Virus record (IMG/VR): IMGVR_UViG_3300047312_000028
Span: 64,001-128,000 of that record
Direction: 5' to 3' (one strand)
Source: a virus
Length of the DNA: 64,000 nucleotides
Shown: positions 40,506-49,182 of the stretch, one piece after another
Position numbering within the stretch: position 1 is the stretch's first letter
Layout: each line of letters starts with the position of its first letter
Made by a program: the position numbers and the translations under genes
Notes under the pieces: model-generated
Seen by the model: the letters and a program-made list of their open reading frames with translations, nothing else
What the model was told of the DNA's origin: nothing
Database searches by the model: none

Positions 40506-40909
40506 TGCACCCGATTACAGCAATCGTGACCGGGGAAGGCGCGATAGCTAAAAAGATTATTTCTGAAGCGTTAAATAGTATTGTGTTAGAGAAGATTGCC
40601 ATACTACGAAAGATCATGTCGAATCGAGTACATGGAACGCTTGCAGAAGCAAACAGAATGCGCCAGGGTCGTACAGTTTTAATTCGTCGCCGCATTCGTA
40701 AAGGGAAGTTACAGCGTAACATTCGACGATCCGCCGTCAAGGGATTCACATTGCGCCACGGTAAGATTACTCGTATCCCAGTGGCCAGACGTGTGCATAT
40801 GAGAATCGTGCAGAGGAGAGCCGCACGTAAACGTAAGGCACATATGCAGCAGACACTCCGTAAGAGAAAATTGAGTCTTAGAAAACGCAAAGCATATGGA
40901 ATCAAGTAA
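40505..40909 (+). CDS. Prohead core protein, gp68-like (Arg/Lys-rich)
   Basis: ATG overlaps the upstream stop; highly basic C-terminus ending RKRKLSLRKRKAYGIK; located before gp21. Confidence 0.7.
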   Translation: MHPITAIVTGEGAIAKKIISEALNSIVLEKIAILRKIMSNRVHGTLAEANRMRQGRTVLIRRRIRKGKLQRNIRRSAVKGFTLRHGKITRIPVARRVHMRIVQRRAARKRKAHMQQTLRKRKLSLRKRKAYGIK

Positions 40910-40917
40910 GGAGCACC

Positions 40918-41298
40918 ATGTCATACGAACTTCTCAATAAACTTCGTGGGCCATCGACAATCAAGTTAGTTGATAGCACAACCGTATCAATTAACTTGTC
41001 ACAATTGTCCGTCACTGTCTCAGGCAACACTCAGGTCGAAAACGTGTACTCTGCGGCAATCACCTCTATGAAATGGTCGTTGCACCCAACAACAGGATCG
41101 TTGCAAATTTCACGACAGAATGCAGGCAGCGCAGCAAACGTGGTGGCGAACGTATTTCAGACAGGATCTTGGAAACACGATGAAGTCAACATTGCAAACT
41201 CTGCAACCGGTAATATTATTTTCACGATGGTAGGTCCTGGTAGTGCGTTCATCACTCTTTCAAAGGTCGCCGATTACAACGTAAGTACACAATTCTAA
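40918..41298 (+). CDS. Hypothetical protein in the head module
   Basis: AAGGAG RBS, 126-aa beta-rich ORF. Confidence 0.6.
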   Translation: MSYELLNKLRGPSTIKLVDSTTVSINLSQLSVTVSGNTQVENVYSAAITSMKWSLHPTTGSLQISRQNAGSAANVVANVFQTGSWKHDEVNIANSATGNIIFTMVGPGSAFITLSKVADYNVSTQF

Positions 41299-41305
41299 GG
41301 ACACC

Positions 41306-41959
41306 ATGAAACTAATAAGAGAAAGCGTCGAACAAGTCAAGGTGCTCACAGAATCCGATAAGATTTCGGGTAAGAAGCATTACTACATTGAAGGTATCTT
41401 CATGCAGTCTGACCGCCCGAATAAGAATCGCCGTCAATACCAGTTTGAATCACTCAATAAAGAAGCAGACCGGTATCGTTCTGTGTATATCGATAAGAGC
41501 CGCGCATTTGGCGAACTTGGTCATCCTGACTCTCCAACGATTAACTTGGAACGAGTTAGTCATATGATTAAGGAACTTCGTCCAGATGGCAAAGATTTCT
41601 ACGGCAAAGCGAAGATTCTAGAAACTCCATACGGCAAAATCGTGCAAAGTCTTCTTGATGAAGGTGCGATGATTGCAGTCAGCACCCGCGGATTGGGTTC
41701 ATTGGTCAAGGGTTCAGACGGTATTGATATCGTACAAGACGATTATCAGTTGGCTACAGCGGCCGACATTGTAGCAGACCCTTCTGCCCCTGATGCTTTT
41801 GTGCATGGCATCATGGAAGGCAAGGAGTGGATGTGCGTTGAGGGTAGATATGTGGAATGCGACATTGAACGCGCAAAAAAGGTCATCGAAGCGGCCCCAG
41901 GTCGTCGATTACAAGAAGTTGCCGTTCGCCTATTCTCAGAGTTTATGAGAAAACTGTAA
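41306..41959 (+). CDS. gp21: Prohead protease gp21
   Basis: IEGIFMQ...N.N.R.Y, GELGHP, VSH.I, VSTRG.GS, DIVADPSAPDA. Confidence 0.95.
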   Translation: MKLIRESVEQVKVLTESDKISGKKHYYIEGIFMQSDRPNKNRRQYQFESLNKEADRYRSVYIDKSRAFGELGHPDSPTINLERVSHMIKELRPDGKDFYGKAKILETPYGKIVQSLLDEGAMIAVSTRGLGSLVKGSDGIDIVQDDYQLATAADIVADPSAPDAFVHGIMEGKEWMCVEGRYVECDIERAKKVIEAAPGRRLQEVAVRLFSEFMRKL

Positions 41960-41960
41960 T

Positions 41961-41991
41961 ACGGTACTCAAAATACCGTGTTTTATAAATA
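41961..41991 (+). promoter_or_regulatory. Short hairpin (ACGGTA/TACCGT) followed by late promoter TATAAATA at 41984-41991
   Basis: Inverted repeat plus T-run, then exact consensus upstream of gp22. Confidence 0.75.
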
Positions 41992-42022
41992 ACAATTACT
42001 TGTGTAGCCTAAGGAGAACCTC

Positions 42023-43120
42023 ATGAAAAATGCGTTGTTAGAAGCTGCCGCTGAAATCTTAAAAGCTAGCCATTCGAGTGCACCAAAAGAAGAAATGCAC
42101 AAGATGGCCGGTGAAGTTGAAGACCTCGGTGGAGATACTCCACAAGAGCACAGCGATAAGAAACTTGACGTACATGCCAAGGAAGCAACTCCTCCAGGCA
42201 AGCAACCAGATTCGAGCACAAAAGCCGCAATGCCAACCGTCGCAGGAAAGCCAGGCGAGGCCATCGATCCAACAGAGGCTGGTGAAAAGACAGCAGAAGA
42301 GTTGGAAAGAGAACGTCGCATTAACGCCGGGTTGGAAGCAGGCGATTTGAAAGAGGGTAAGGTAGTCAGTGATGAAACATGGAAGAAGAATCTCAAAGAA
42401 GACGTTGCCGCAATCTTGGCGTCTGAATCAGGACTCTCACAAGAGTTTTCAGCCAAAGTCGGTACCATCTACGAAGCCCGCGTTACCGATAAAGTTCAGA
42501 GCATTCAGGAACAGTTAGAGAAATCTTACGAGACGAAGTTTGCCGCTGCCGTTATCGAAGTCCGCGACAGCTTGACCGAGCAAGTCAATGACTATCTCGA
42601 TTATGTTGTTGAAGAGTGGATGAAGCAGAACGAATTGGCAATCGAAAAGGGTCTCCGCTCGGAGTTGACCGAAGAGTTTATTACATCACTTCGCAACGTA
42701 TTCTTGGAACACTATATCGACATTCCTGCCGAGAAGGTCAGCATCGTTGACGAACTCGCAACGAAGGTCGAAGAGTTGACCACTTCATTGAATGAAGAAG
42801 TTGCCAAGGGTGTTGAACTCAAGAAGCAACTCGGCGAATCGAAGAAGTCAGAAATTCTCAACAGCGTATGTGATGGATTGACACAGACGCAAGTTGAAAA
42901 AGTTCGTACACTCGCAGAGAGTGTCGAATTCACCGCAGAAGGTGATTACAAGGGTAAGGTTTCAACAATCCGAGAGAACTACTTCCCAGTGTCTACAGGT
43001 AAAAAGATCGACGCGAAAGTGTTGACCGAAGCATCTGAACCATTGGCGGAAGAGAAGCCAGCAATTGTTGATGCAGGCGTGGCAAGTGTCGCTGCCTCAC
43101 TCAGCAAAATTATGAAGTAA
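42023..43120 (+). CDS. gp22: Prohead scaffolding protein gp22
   Basis: YLDYVVEEWM..NELAIE.GLR.E..E.FI..L..VF.EHYID.P. Confidence 0.93.
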   Translation: MKNALLEAAAEILKASHSSAPKEEMHKMAGEVEDLGGDTPQEHSDKKLDVHAKEATPPGKQPDSSTKAAMPTVAGKPGEAIDPTEAGEKTAEELERERRINAGLEAGDLKEGKVVSDETWKKNLKEDVAAILASESGLSQEFSAKVGTIYEARVTDKVQSIQEQLEKSYETKFAAAVIEVRDSLTEQVNDYLDYVVEEWMKQNELAIEKGLRSELTEEFITSLRNVFLEHYIDIPAEKVSIVDELATKVEELTTSLNEEVAKGVELKKQLGESKKSEILNSVCDGLTQTQVEKVRTLAESVEFTAEGDYKGKVSTIRENYFPVSTGKKIDAKVLTEASEPLAEEKPAIVDAGVASVAASLSKIMK

Positions 43121-43152
43121 TCACCAATACCAAAGAACGAAGGAGCATACAC

Positions 43153-44502
43153 ATGTTTTTATCAGAGAATCTAGAGAAAAAGTGGGCAGCAGTGCTTGAC
43201 CACGAATCCCTCCCAAAGATCACCGACAAGTATCGTCGCGCGGTCACTGCGATTGTTCTTGAGAACCAAGAAACCGCATTGAAGAGCGAAGCGAGAATGT
43301 TGAACGAATCTGCCCCAACCAACTCCACAGGTGGTGGGTTGACAGGTGGATCCGCCGCAGCAGGTCCAATGGCTGGTTATGATCCAATTCTTATCAGCTT
43401 GGTCCGTCGTTCCCTTCCAAACTTGATTGCATACGACGTATGCGGAGTGCAGCCAATGACCGGTCCAACAGGATTGATCTTCGCAATGCGTTCCAATTAT
43501 GCCAATGCGACAGCGGGCCGCTTGGATGAATCCTTCTACAACGAAGCCAACACTGGTTGGTCTGGTAACTTGGTTGCACAAACTGCAATCAGCTTGGCAG
43601 CAGATACTTCCCTCGGTTCCCAGAACGTGTTTGCTAGCACCATGACAACAGGTGGTGGTATCAACACAGTCACAGCAGAAGGTTTGGGTTCAGGTGGTGG
43701 TATTCCTCCATTCCAGGAAATGGGCTTCAGCATTGAAAAAGTCACGGTTACTGCAAAGACCCGTGCTTTGAAGGCTGAATACTCACTCGAACTCGCTCAG
43801 GATTTGAAGGCAATCCACGGTTTGGATGCTGAGACAGAATTGTCCAACATTCTTTCCGCAGAAGTGCTTTCTGAAATCAACCGCGAAGTCATCCGCACAA
43901 TCTACACGGTTGCGAAGGTTGGCTGCCAGGTTGGTACAACGACACCAGGTACTTTCGACCTTGACACCGACTCAAACGGTCGTTGGATGGTTGAAAAGAT
44001 CAAGGGTCTTGTATTCCAGATCGAGCGTGAAGCCAACGTCATTGCAAAGCAAACCCGTCGCGGTAAGGGTAACGTGGTCATCTGCTCTTCAGATGTGGCC
44101 TCGGCATTCGCACTCGCCGGCGTGCTTGACTATGCAGGAGCGTTGAAGGACAATGTGAACTTGAGTGTGGACGACACAGGTAACACCTACGCAGGTACCT
44201 TGCTCGGACGCTACAAGGTCTACATTGACCCTTACTTCCCAGCAGCCCAGTCAGCAGAATTCGCAGTTGTGGGTTACAAGGGTACGAACGCATTTGATGC
44301 GGGACTCTTCTACTGCCCATACGTTCCTCTCCAGATGGTTCGTGCTATTGACACGAACACCTTCCAGCCAAAGATCGGCTTCAAGACCCGATACGGTTTG
44401 GTTGCGAACCCATTCGCAGAAGGTCTCGTACAGGGTCTTGGTGCATTGAACGCAAAGGCGAACATGTACTACAGAGCATTGAAGATTTCCAACATTGCAT
44501 AA
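43153..44502 (+). CDS. gp23: Major capsid protein gp23
   Basis: LENQE, CGVQPMTGPTGLIFAMR, RALKAEYS.ELAQDLKAIHGLDAE.EL, FQPKIGFKTRYG. Confidence 0.98.
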   Translation: MFLSENLEKKWAAVLDHESLPKITDKYRRAVTAIVLENQETALKSEARMLNESAPTNSTGGGLTGGSAAAGPMAGYDPILISLVRRSLPNLIAYDVCGVQPMTGPTGLIFAMRSNYANATAGRLDESFYNEANTGWSGNLVAQTAISLAADTSLGSQNVFASTMTTGGGINTVTAEGLGSGGGIPPFQEMGFSIEKVTVTAKTRALKAEYSLELAQDLKAIHGLDAETELSNILSAEVLSEINREVIRTIYTVAKVGCQVGTTTPGTFDLDTDSNGRWMVEKIKGLVFQIEREANVIAKQTRRGKGNVVICSSDVASAFALAGVLDYAGALKDNVNLSVDDTGNTYAGTLLGRYKVYIDPYFPAAQSAEFAVVGYKGTNAFDAGLFYCPYVPLQMVRAIDTNTFQPKIGFKTRYGLVANPFAEGLVQGLGALNAKANMYYRALKISNIA

Positions 44503-44531
44503 GCAATTTGGGACTTGAATCTCTCAAACAC

Positions 44532-44566
44532 AGGGGTGCTTCCGTAAGGGGCACCCCTTTTGTTTT
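44532..44566 (+). terminator. Rho-independent terminator after gp23
   Basis: AGGGGTGCTTC...GGGGCACCCCT stem followed by TTTGTTTT. Confidence 0.85.
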
Positions 44567-44578
44567 ATCCGAGGACCT

Positions 44579-44887
44579 ATGCAAATCAGTCTATATCTTC
44601 GCACGACAGAGACAGGACACCTGCACTGGTGCCCGGCCTGTGATTGGGCCCATGGCATCCCATATACTTGGAAGTTCGACGGAAATGTAGATAGCCCAAC
44701 ATTTGATCCCAGTGTCAAAATTCAATGGTGGGATCGTAAACTTCAAGGTATCAGAAACTACGAATGTTGTCACTACAATCTAATCGCTGGTAAGTTAATC
44801 TTTCACGAAGATTGCACACATGCAATGCGTAACAGTACTGTCCCCCTTCCATTACTCCCAAAACATCTGCTTGACAACCCCTCATAA
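44579..44887 (+). CDS. Small Cys/His metal-binding protein (DUF6527-like)
   Basis: WCPAC..AH, W.FDG....PTF.PS, CH..L..G...F..DCTH pattern. Confidence 0.65.
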   Translation: MQISLYLRTTETGHLHWCPACDWAHGIPYTWKFDGNVDSPTFDPSVKIQWWDRKLQGIRNYECCHYNLIAGKLIFHEDCTHAMRNSTVPLPLLPKHLLDNPS

Positions 44888-44899
44888 ATAGAGTACAAT
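44871..44899 (+). promoter_or_regulatory. Composite promoter: sigma70 TTGACA-17-TACAAT with late CATAAATA in the spacer
   Basis: TTGACA 44871-76, CATAAATA 44883-90, TACAAT 44894-99. Confidence 0.7.
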
Positions 44900-44916
44900 G
44901 ACCCACTGGAGAACCT

Positions 44917-45402
44917 ATGTCAGTAATTGTCTGGGCGCTCTTCTTCGTACTCACAAGCCCGGTAACGGGTCTTGACCGCACCACCCTTCTCAATAAATAC
45001 GAATCTGAAGAACAATGTGAGAAGAGCAAAGTGAAGGTCACGGAAGGCATGGAAGCCACGTATCCCAATGATACGTCTTTCAAACTTGTCTGCCGGGATA
45101 TTACACCAAGTCGGTATACAAGCTATCATGAACTGTTACTCACATGGGCAGATGAACAGCGCCCAGGTGAACGTTATACGATCTCGGTACGCAGAGTTGC
45201 AGAATTCTATACACCAGAAAACGATGGCGCGATTGCCATAGGTGTCACGATCAGATATAAAGATGGCAAACAAGACTATATGGTCATGTTCAGTGGCGGT
45301 GATGTAGTCAAAGTTCTCGGTGCAGTCGAAATGCAATTTGCTGATGAAGAAGATGAAGATAATGAAGGAGAAGGAGTATTCTCCGGTAAGGATCAAGCGT
45401 GA
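44917..45402 (+). CDS. Hypothetical exported/membrane-anchored protein
   Basis: GGAG RBS, hydrophobic N-terminus, two Cys, acidic tail. Confidence 0.6.
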   Translation: MSVIVWALFFVLTSPVTGLDRTTLLNKYESEEQCEKSKVKVTEGMEATYPNDTSFKLVCRDITPSRYTSYHELLLTWADEQRPGERYTISVRRVAEFYTPENDGAIAIGVTIRYKDGKQDYMVMFSGGDVVKVLGAVEMQFADEEDEDNEGEGVFSGKDQA

Positions 45403-45917
45403 AAGTGATTAACTTGTTTGCGGGCCCGGGTTGCGGAAAGTCAACGACAGCAGCAGGCCTGTTTTTCTTAATGAAGCATGAAGGGTATCGTGTTGAATTA
45501 GTTACGGAATATGCCAAAGATATTACCTGGGCAGATCGTTGTAAAGAACTCAATGACCAACTCTACATTACTGCCAAACAGAACCATCGACAGTTCTTGC
45601 TTCGTGATAAAGTAGACTATTGCATCACTGATAGCCCACTGTTGATTTGTTTGGTCTATGCACGAATGATGCCAAGTAGCTTTGCTCCACTCGTGAAAGA
45701 TTTGTTTCAAGAATACGACAATCTGGCAGTCACACTGAAGCGCGTCAAGCCATATGTTGTGTTTGGTCGCACACAAACAGAAGAGCAAGCACGAGAACTC
45801 GACCGTCAAATAGGACACCTTGTAGATTCATGTGTCTCCCCCGATAAGATCATGGAGACTGATGGAGATTTCAGGGCCGCAGAGAATATATTTACCTGGA
45901 TCAAGGAGCGAGAATGA
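45399..45917 (+). CDS. P-loop NTPase / nucleotide kinase-like protein (NadR-type AAA_28)
   Basis: INLFAGPGCGKST Walker A, ELVTEYAKD, ITDSPLL. Confidence 0.8.
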   Translation: MKVINLFAGPGCGKSTTAAGLFFLMKHEGYRVELVTEYAKDITWADRCKELNDQLYITAKQNHRQFLLRDKVDYCITDSPLLICLVYARMMPSSFAPLVKDLFQEYDNLAVTLKRVKPYVVFGRTQTEEQARELDRQIGHLVDSCVSPDKIMETDGDFRAAENIFTWIKERE

Positions 45918-46453
45918 GTATTCCATCGGTGCCGCATACCCCGCAAAATCCCAATGTCTTGCATCCAAATAAGTTCGTGGTCAGCTTTGCTGCTCTACCT
46001 GATGTAGAATACTGGTGTCAATCAGTAAACGTCCCAGGCCTTACTTTGGGAGAAGCTATACGAGCCACGCCATTCATTGACCTCTATTCACCAGGTGACA
46101 AGCTCATTATTAACCCATTCGCTATCACATTCACAGTAGATGAAGACTTACTTGGGTGGCTTGAAGTTTACAAATGGATGCGAGGTATTACATTCCCAAA
46201 AGAATTCAGCGAATACGCAAATCTCGACAAGCGATTCGCCGCATGGAAGACACCTATGCCACAATTCTCAGATGCCACATTGGTCATTCTTGACTCAAAA
46301 CAGAACGCAAGAATTCGCGTCAAGTTCCACAATTGTTTCCCTACCAGTCTGACGGATCTTCTCTTGTCAGCAACAAGCTCTCCAGAAAGTCCAGTTACCG
46401 CCGATGCAGTCTTCCGATTCGATTTGTATGAAATCGAGCGGCTAAGACCTTGA
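45914..46453 (+). CDS. gp3: Tail completion / tube terminator gp3
   Basis: N.L.PNKF, CQSVNVPG, PGDKL, F.VDEDL..W.E.Y.W, FPTSL; precedes uvsY. Confidence 0.82.
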   Translation: MSIPSVPHTPQNPNVLHPNKFVVSFAALPDVEYWCQSVNVPGLTLGEAIRATPFIDLYSPGDKLIINPFAITFTVDEDLLGWLEVYKWMRGITFPKEFSEYANLDKRFAAWKTPMPQFSDATLVILDSKQNARIRVKFHNCFPTSLTDLLLSATSSPESPVTADAVFRFDLYEIERLRP

Positions 46454-46478
46454 CTTTTAAGATAAAATCTGATATACT
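46450..46478 (+). promoter_or_regulatory. Sigma70-type promoter TTGACT-17-TATACT
   Basis: Near-consensus with 17-bp spacer; ATG follows 6 nt after the -10 box. Confidence 0.75.
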
Positions 46479-46484
46479 GCTTCT

Positions 46485-46949
46485 ATGATACTTGACACCA
46501 AAAATCCATCCAGTGAGCAAGTGGATGCACTACTCGCTGAATGGGCGACAGATGCGAAAATGGACCGTATAGAAATCTCTTCTGAACTCAAGAAGATCGG
46601 TTCACTACACTCTAAATACCTCACGATTCTATCTGCCCATCGTCGCGCTCTCAAGGAGAAGGAGCGAATCTATCACAAACTCTACAGAGTCAAGTATGAG
46701 TATTATACAGGCCGCCTGGACCAAGACACACTCAAGAAAAATAACTGGCAGCCATTCCCCTATACATTGAAGTCTGATATCTCGACATATATGAACAGTG
46801 ACCCAGACATTCTTAATGCGAAACGGGTTCTAGGCATTCACGAAGAAGTGCTTGAAATCTGTCAGATGATCTTGAAAGAACTCGGATCGCGCACGTTCCA
46901 ACTCAAAGATATCAGTCAGTGGGAACGATTTATAGCTGGCGTACATTGA
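46485..46949 (+). CDS. uvsY: Recombination mediator UvsY
   Basis: W..D.K.D, LHSKYL, EYYTG, R.FQ.K....W..F.AG. Confidence 0.88.
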   Translation: MILDTKNPSSEQVDALLAEWATDAKMDRIEISSELKKIGSLHSKYLTILSAHRRALKEKERIYHKLYRVKYEYYTGRLDQDTLKKNNWQPFPYTLKSDISTYMNSDPDILNAKRVLGIHEEVLEICQMILKELGSRTFQLKDISQWERFIAGVH

Positions 46950-47335
46950 TGTTTGGCAAATCTCTCGATGAAATCTTAGGATCCCAAGTAAGATTAACAG
47001 ATAAAGATAAGAATAAGTTTTTATCTGATTGTGGCACTCCGATTTCTAGTGTAGAAGCAAAAAGAAGAAATTTAGTCATAGTCGAATGCCCCAAGTGCCA
47101 TGTGTCTGGTAATGAACCGAACATGCGCCGATGGCACTTCGATAGATGCGCCCAGCCTTTACTCAATTGCAAACAATGTACAACAGTCATAAAGAGACAA
47201 GGAATTAAACCTTGGCTCTATAAGCAGAAAAAATACTGTAGCAAGAAGTGCTTCCAGGAAAGCAGCAGAGGGGTTAAAAGATCCCCATTATCAGAAGAAA
47301 CTAAAAAGAGAATAAGTATAGCCAAAAGAAGGTAA
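46949..47335 (+). mobile_element. Homing-endonuclease-associated gene (Zn fingers plus NUMOD3), no evident catalytic domain
   Basis: CPKC..G...MRRWHFDRC, CKQC...YCSKKC, SEETKKRIS; flanked by a recoded duplicate of the uvsY 3' end. Confidence 0.65.
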
Positions 47336-47341
47336 TTGCAG

Positions 47342-48805
47342 GTGTTCATTAGCACTATTTTTGTCTCAAAAAAAGATGAATCATTCATACAAATCAGCGC
47401 AGAAGACTCCGTTGGATATGAACTATCGGAGTACTTCTCTTTCTACGCGCCTGGCTATCAGTACACCCCTCTCTTCAAAAACGGCATGTGGGATGGTAAG
47501 GTACGTTTGTACAACCGTCGCTACAACACTCTTCCAGCAGGCCTCATAGGATATCTACAGAAGTTCGCTGCCGATCGCCAGTATAACATTACCATCGACG
47601 ATGCTGTTCTTATTACCACTAACTTCTCAATCGCTGAAGCGGATGCTTTTGCAAAAAGTTTAAGTCTTCCACACATTCCACACGATCACCAGATTGAAGC
47701 ATTTGCGAAGAGCATTCGTAATCGTCGAATTTTGGTGGTCAGCCCTACAGGATCTGGCAAGTCACTCTTGATGTATATGATTGTTCGGTATCTGCAATTG
47801 AGTTATAAACGCGGCTTGGTGATCGTTCCTACCACGTCATTAGTCGAACAACTATTTACAGACTTTATCTCCTATGGATGGAACTCAAACAAATATGTTC
47901 ACAGAATGTACGCTGGCAAGTCAAAGAAGATTGAGCATTTCTTAACGATCTCGACATGGCAGACATTGCATCTACAAGACCCAGAATACTTGAAGCAGTT
48001 CGACTTTGTACTTGGTGATGAAGCACATAACTTCAAAGCAAAGTCATTGACGGATATCATGGGTGGTCTCACCAATGCAGCGGTTAGAGTGGGTACGACC
48101 GGCACACTTGACGGTACCAAGGTGCATAAACTTGTACTTGAAGGTCACTTCGGACCTGTGTTCCAAGCCGCAACAACACGACAACTTATGGATGAAGGGA
48201 AGCTGGCGGATCTGAAGATCAAGTGCTTGATTCTGAAATATCCGGAAGAGACCTGTAAGAGTTTGAAGAAATCAACCTATGCCGAAGAGTATGAAGCTGT
48301 GATTCTCTCTGAATCACGCAAGAAGTTCATCCGCAATCTTGTCTTGTCACTCAAGGGGAATACGCTGATTCTGTTTCAGCTAGTGCGGAAGCACGGCGGA
48401 CCGATGTACGACGATATTGTGGCACACACCAAAGACCGTAACATCTTTTTCGTGCATGGTGGCGTTGATACGATGGACCGTGAAGACGTTCGACGAATCA
48501 CTGAAGAAAGCACTGATGCTGTGATTGTGGCATCATATGGAACATTCAGCACAGGCACGAATATCAAGAACATCGACAATGTAATTCTTGGTGCTCCATC
48601 GAAAGCGAGAATCAGAAACCTGCAATCAATCGGGCGAGGATTGAGAAAAACAGATACCAAAAATTCAGTCATGTTGTTTGATATCGTCGATGATCTACGA
48701 GTTGGTAAACATGTCAACTTCTTATTGAAGCATTTTGTCGAACGTGCCAACATCTATAACGAAGAAAAGTTTCCATTCAAGCAATACATGATAGACCTCA
48801 AATGA
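47342..48805 (+). CDS. uvsW: DNA helicase UvsW (start GTG 47342 or TTG 47336)
   Basis: WDGKVRL, SPTGSGKS, DEAH, TGT, QSIGRGLR SF2 motifs. Confidence 0.93.
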   Translation: MFISTIFVSKKDESFIQISAEDSVGYELSEYFSFYAPGYQYTPLFKNGMWDGKVRLYNRRYNTLPAGLIGYLQKFAADRQYNITIDDAVLITTNFSIAEADAFAKSLSLPHIPHDHQIEAFAKSIRNRRILVVSPTGSGKSLLMYMIVRYLQLSYKRGLVIVPTTSLVEQLFTDFISYGWNSNKYVHRMYAGKSKKIEHFLTISTWQTLHLQDPEYLKQFDFVLGDEAHNFKAKSLTDIMGGLTNAAVRVGTTGTLDGTKVHKLVLEGHFGPVFQAATTRQLMDEGKLADLKIKCLILKYPEETCKSLKKSTYAEEYEAVILSESRKKFIRNLVLSLKGNTLILFQLVRKHGGPMYDDIVAHTKDRNIFFVHGGVDTMDREDVRRITEESTDAVIVASYGTFSTGTNIKNIDNVILGAPSKARIRNLQSIGRGLRKTDTKNSVMLFDIVDDLRVGKHVNFLLKHFVERANIYNEEKFPFKQYMIDLK

Positions 48806-49182
48806 AAATGACCAAAGAAGAGGTGGCGTCTTACCATGCCAACTATTACCGCAACAACAAAGATAAATGGAAGCCCAACACAAGAACCAGTGCAGTAAGA
48901 AGAGCGGACGGTCAAAAACTAAAAAATCTAGTGTTCAGTCATTATGGAACAGTTTGTCAATGTTGTGGAGAATCTAGATTGGTGTTCTTAGCTTTGGACC
49001 ACATTCATAACAATGGAAAAGAAGACAGAAAAATTACTGGGCTGGGACAAAATCTCTATCGATGGCTGAAACTTAATAATTACCCAGACGGGTATCAAGT
49101 GTTATGTCATAATTGTAATTGGGCAAAAAGAGATGGAATATGTCCCCACAAGATAGAGAATGTCATTGATCTAAAAGGATAG
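48802..49182 (+). mobile_element. Free-standing HNH endonuclease
   Basis: CQCCGE...LALDHI.N.G...YQVLCHNCN.AK. Confidence 0.85.
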
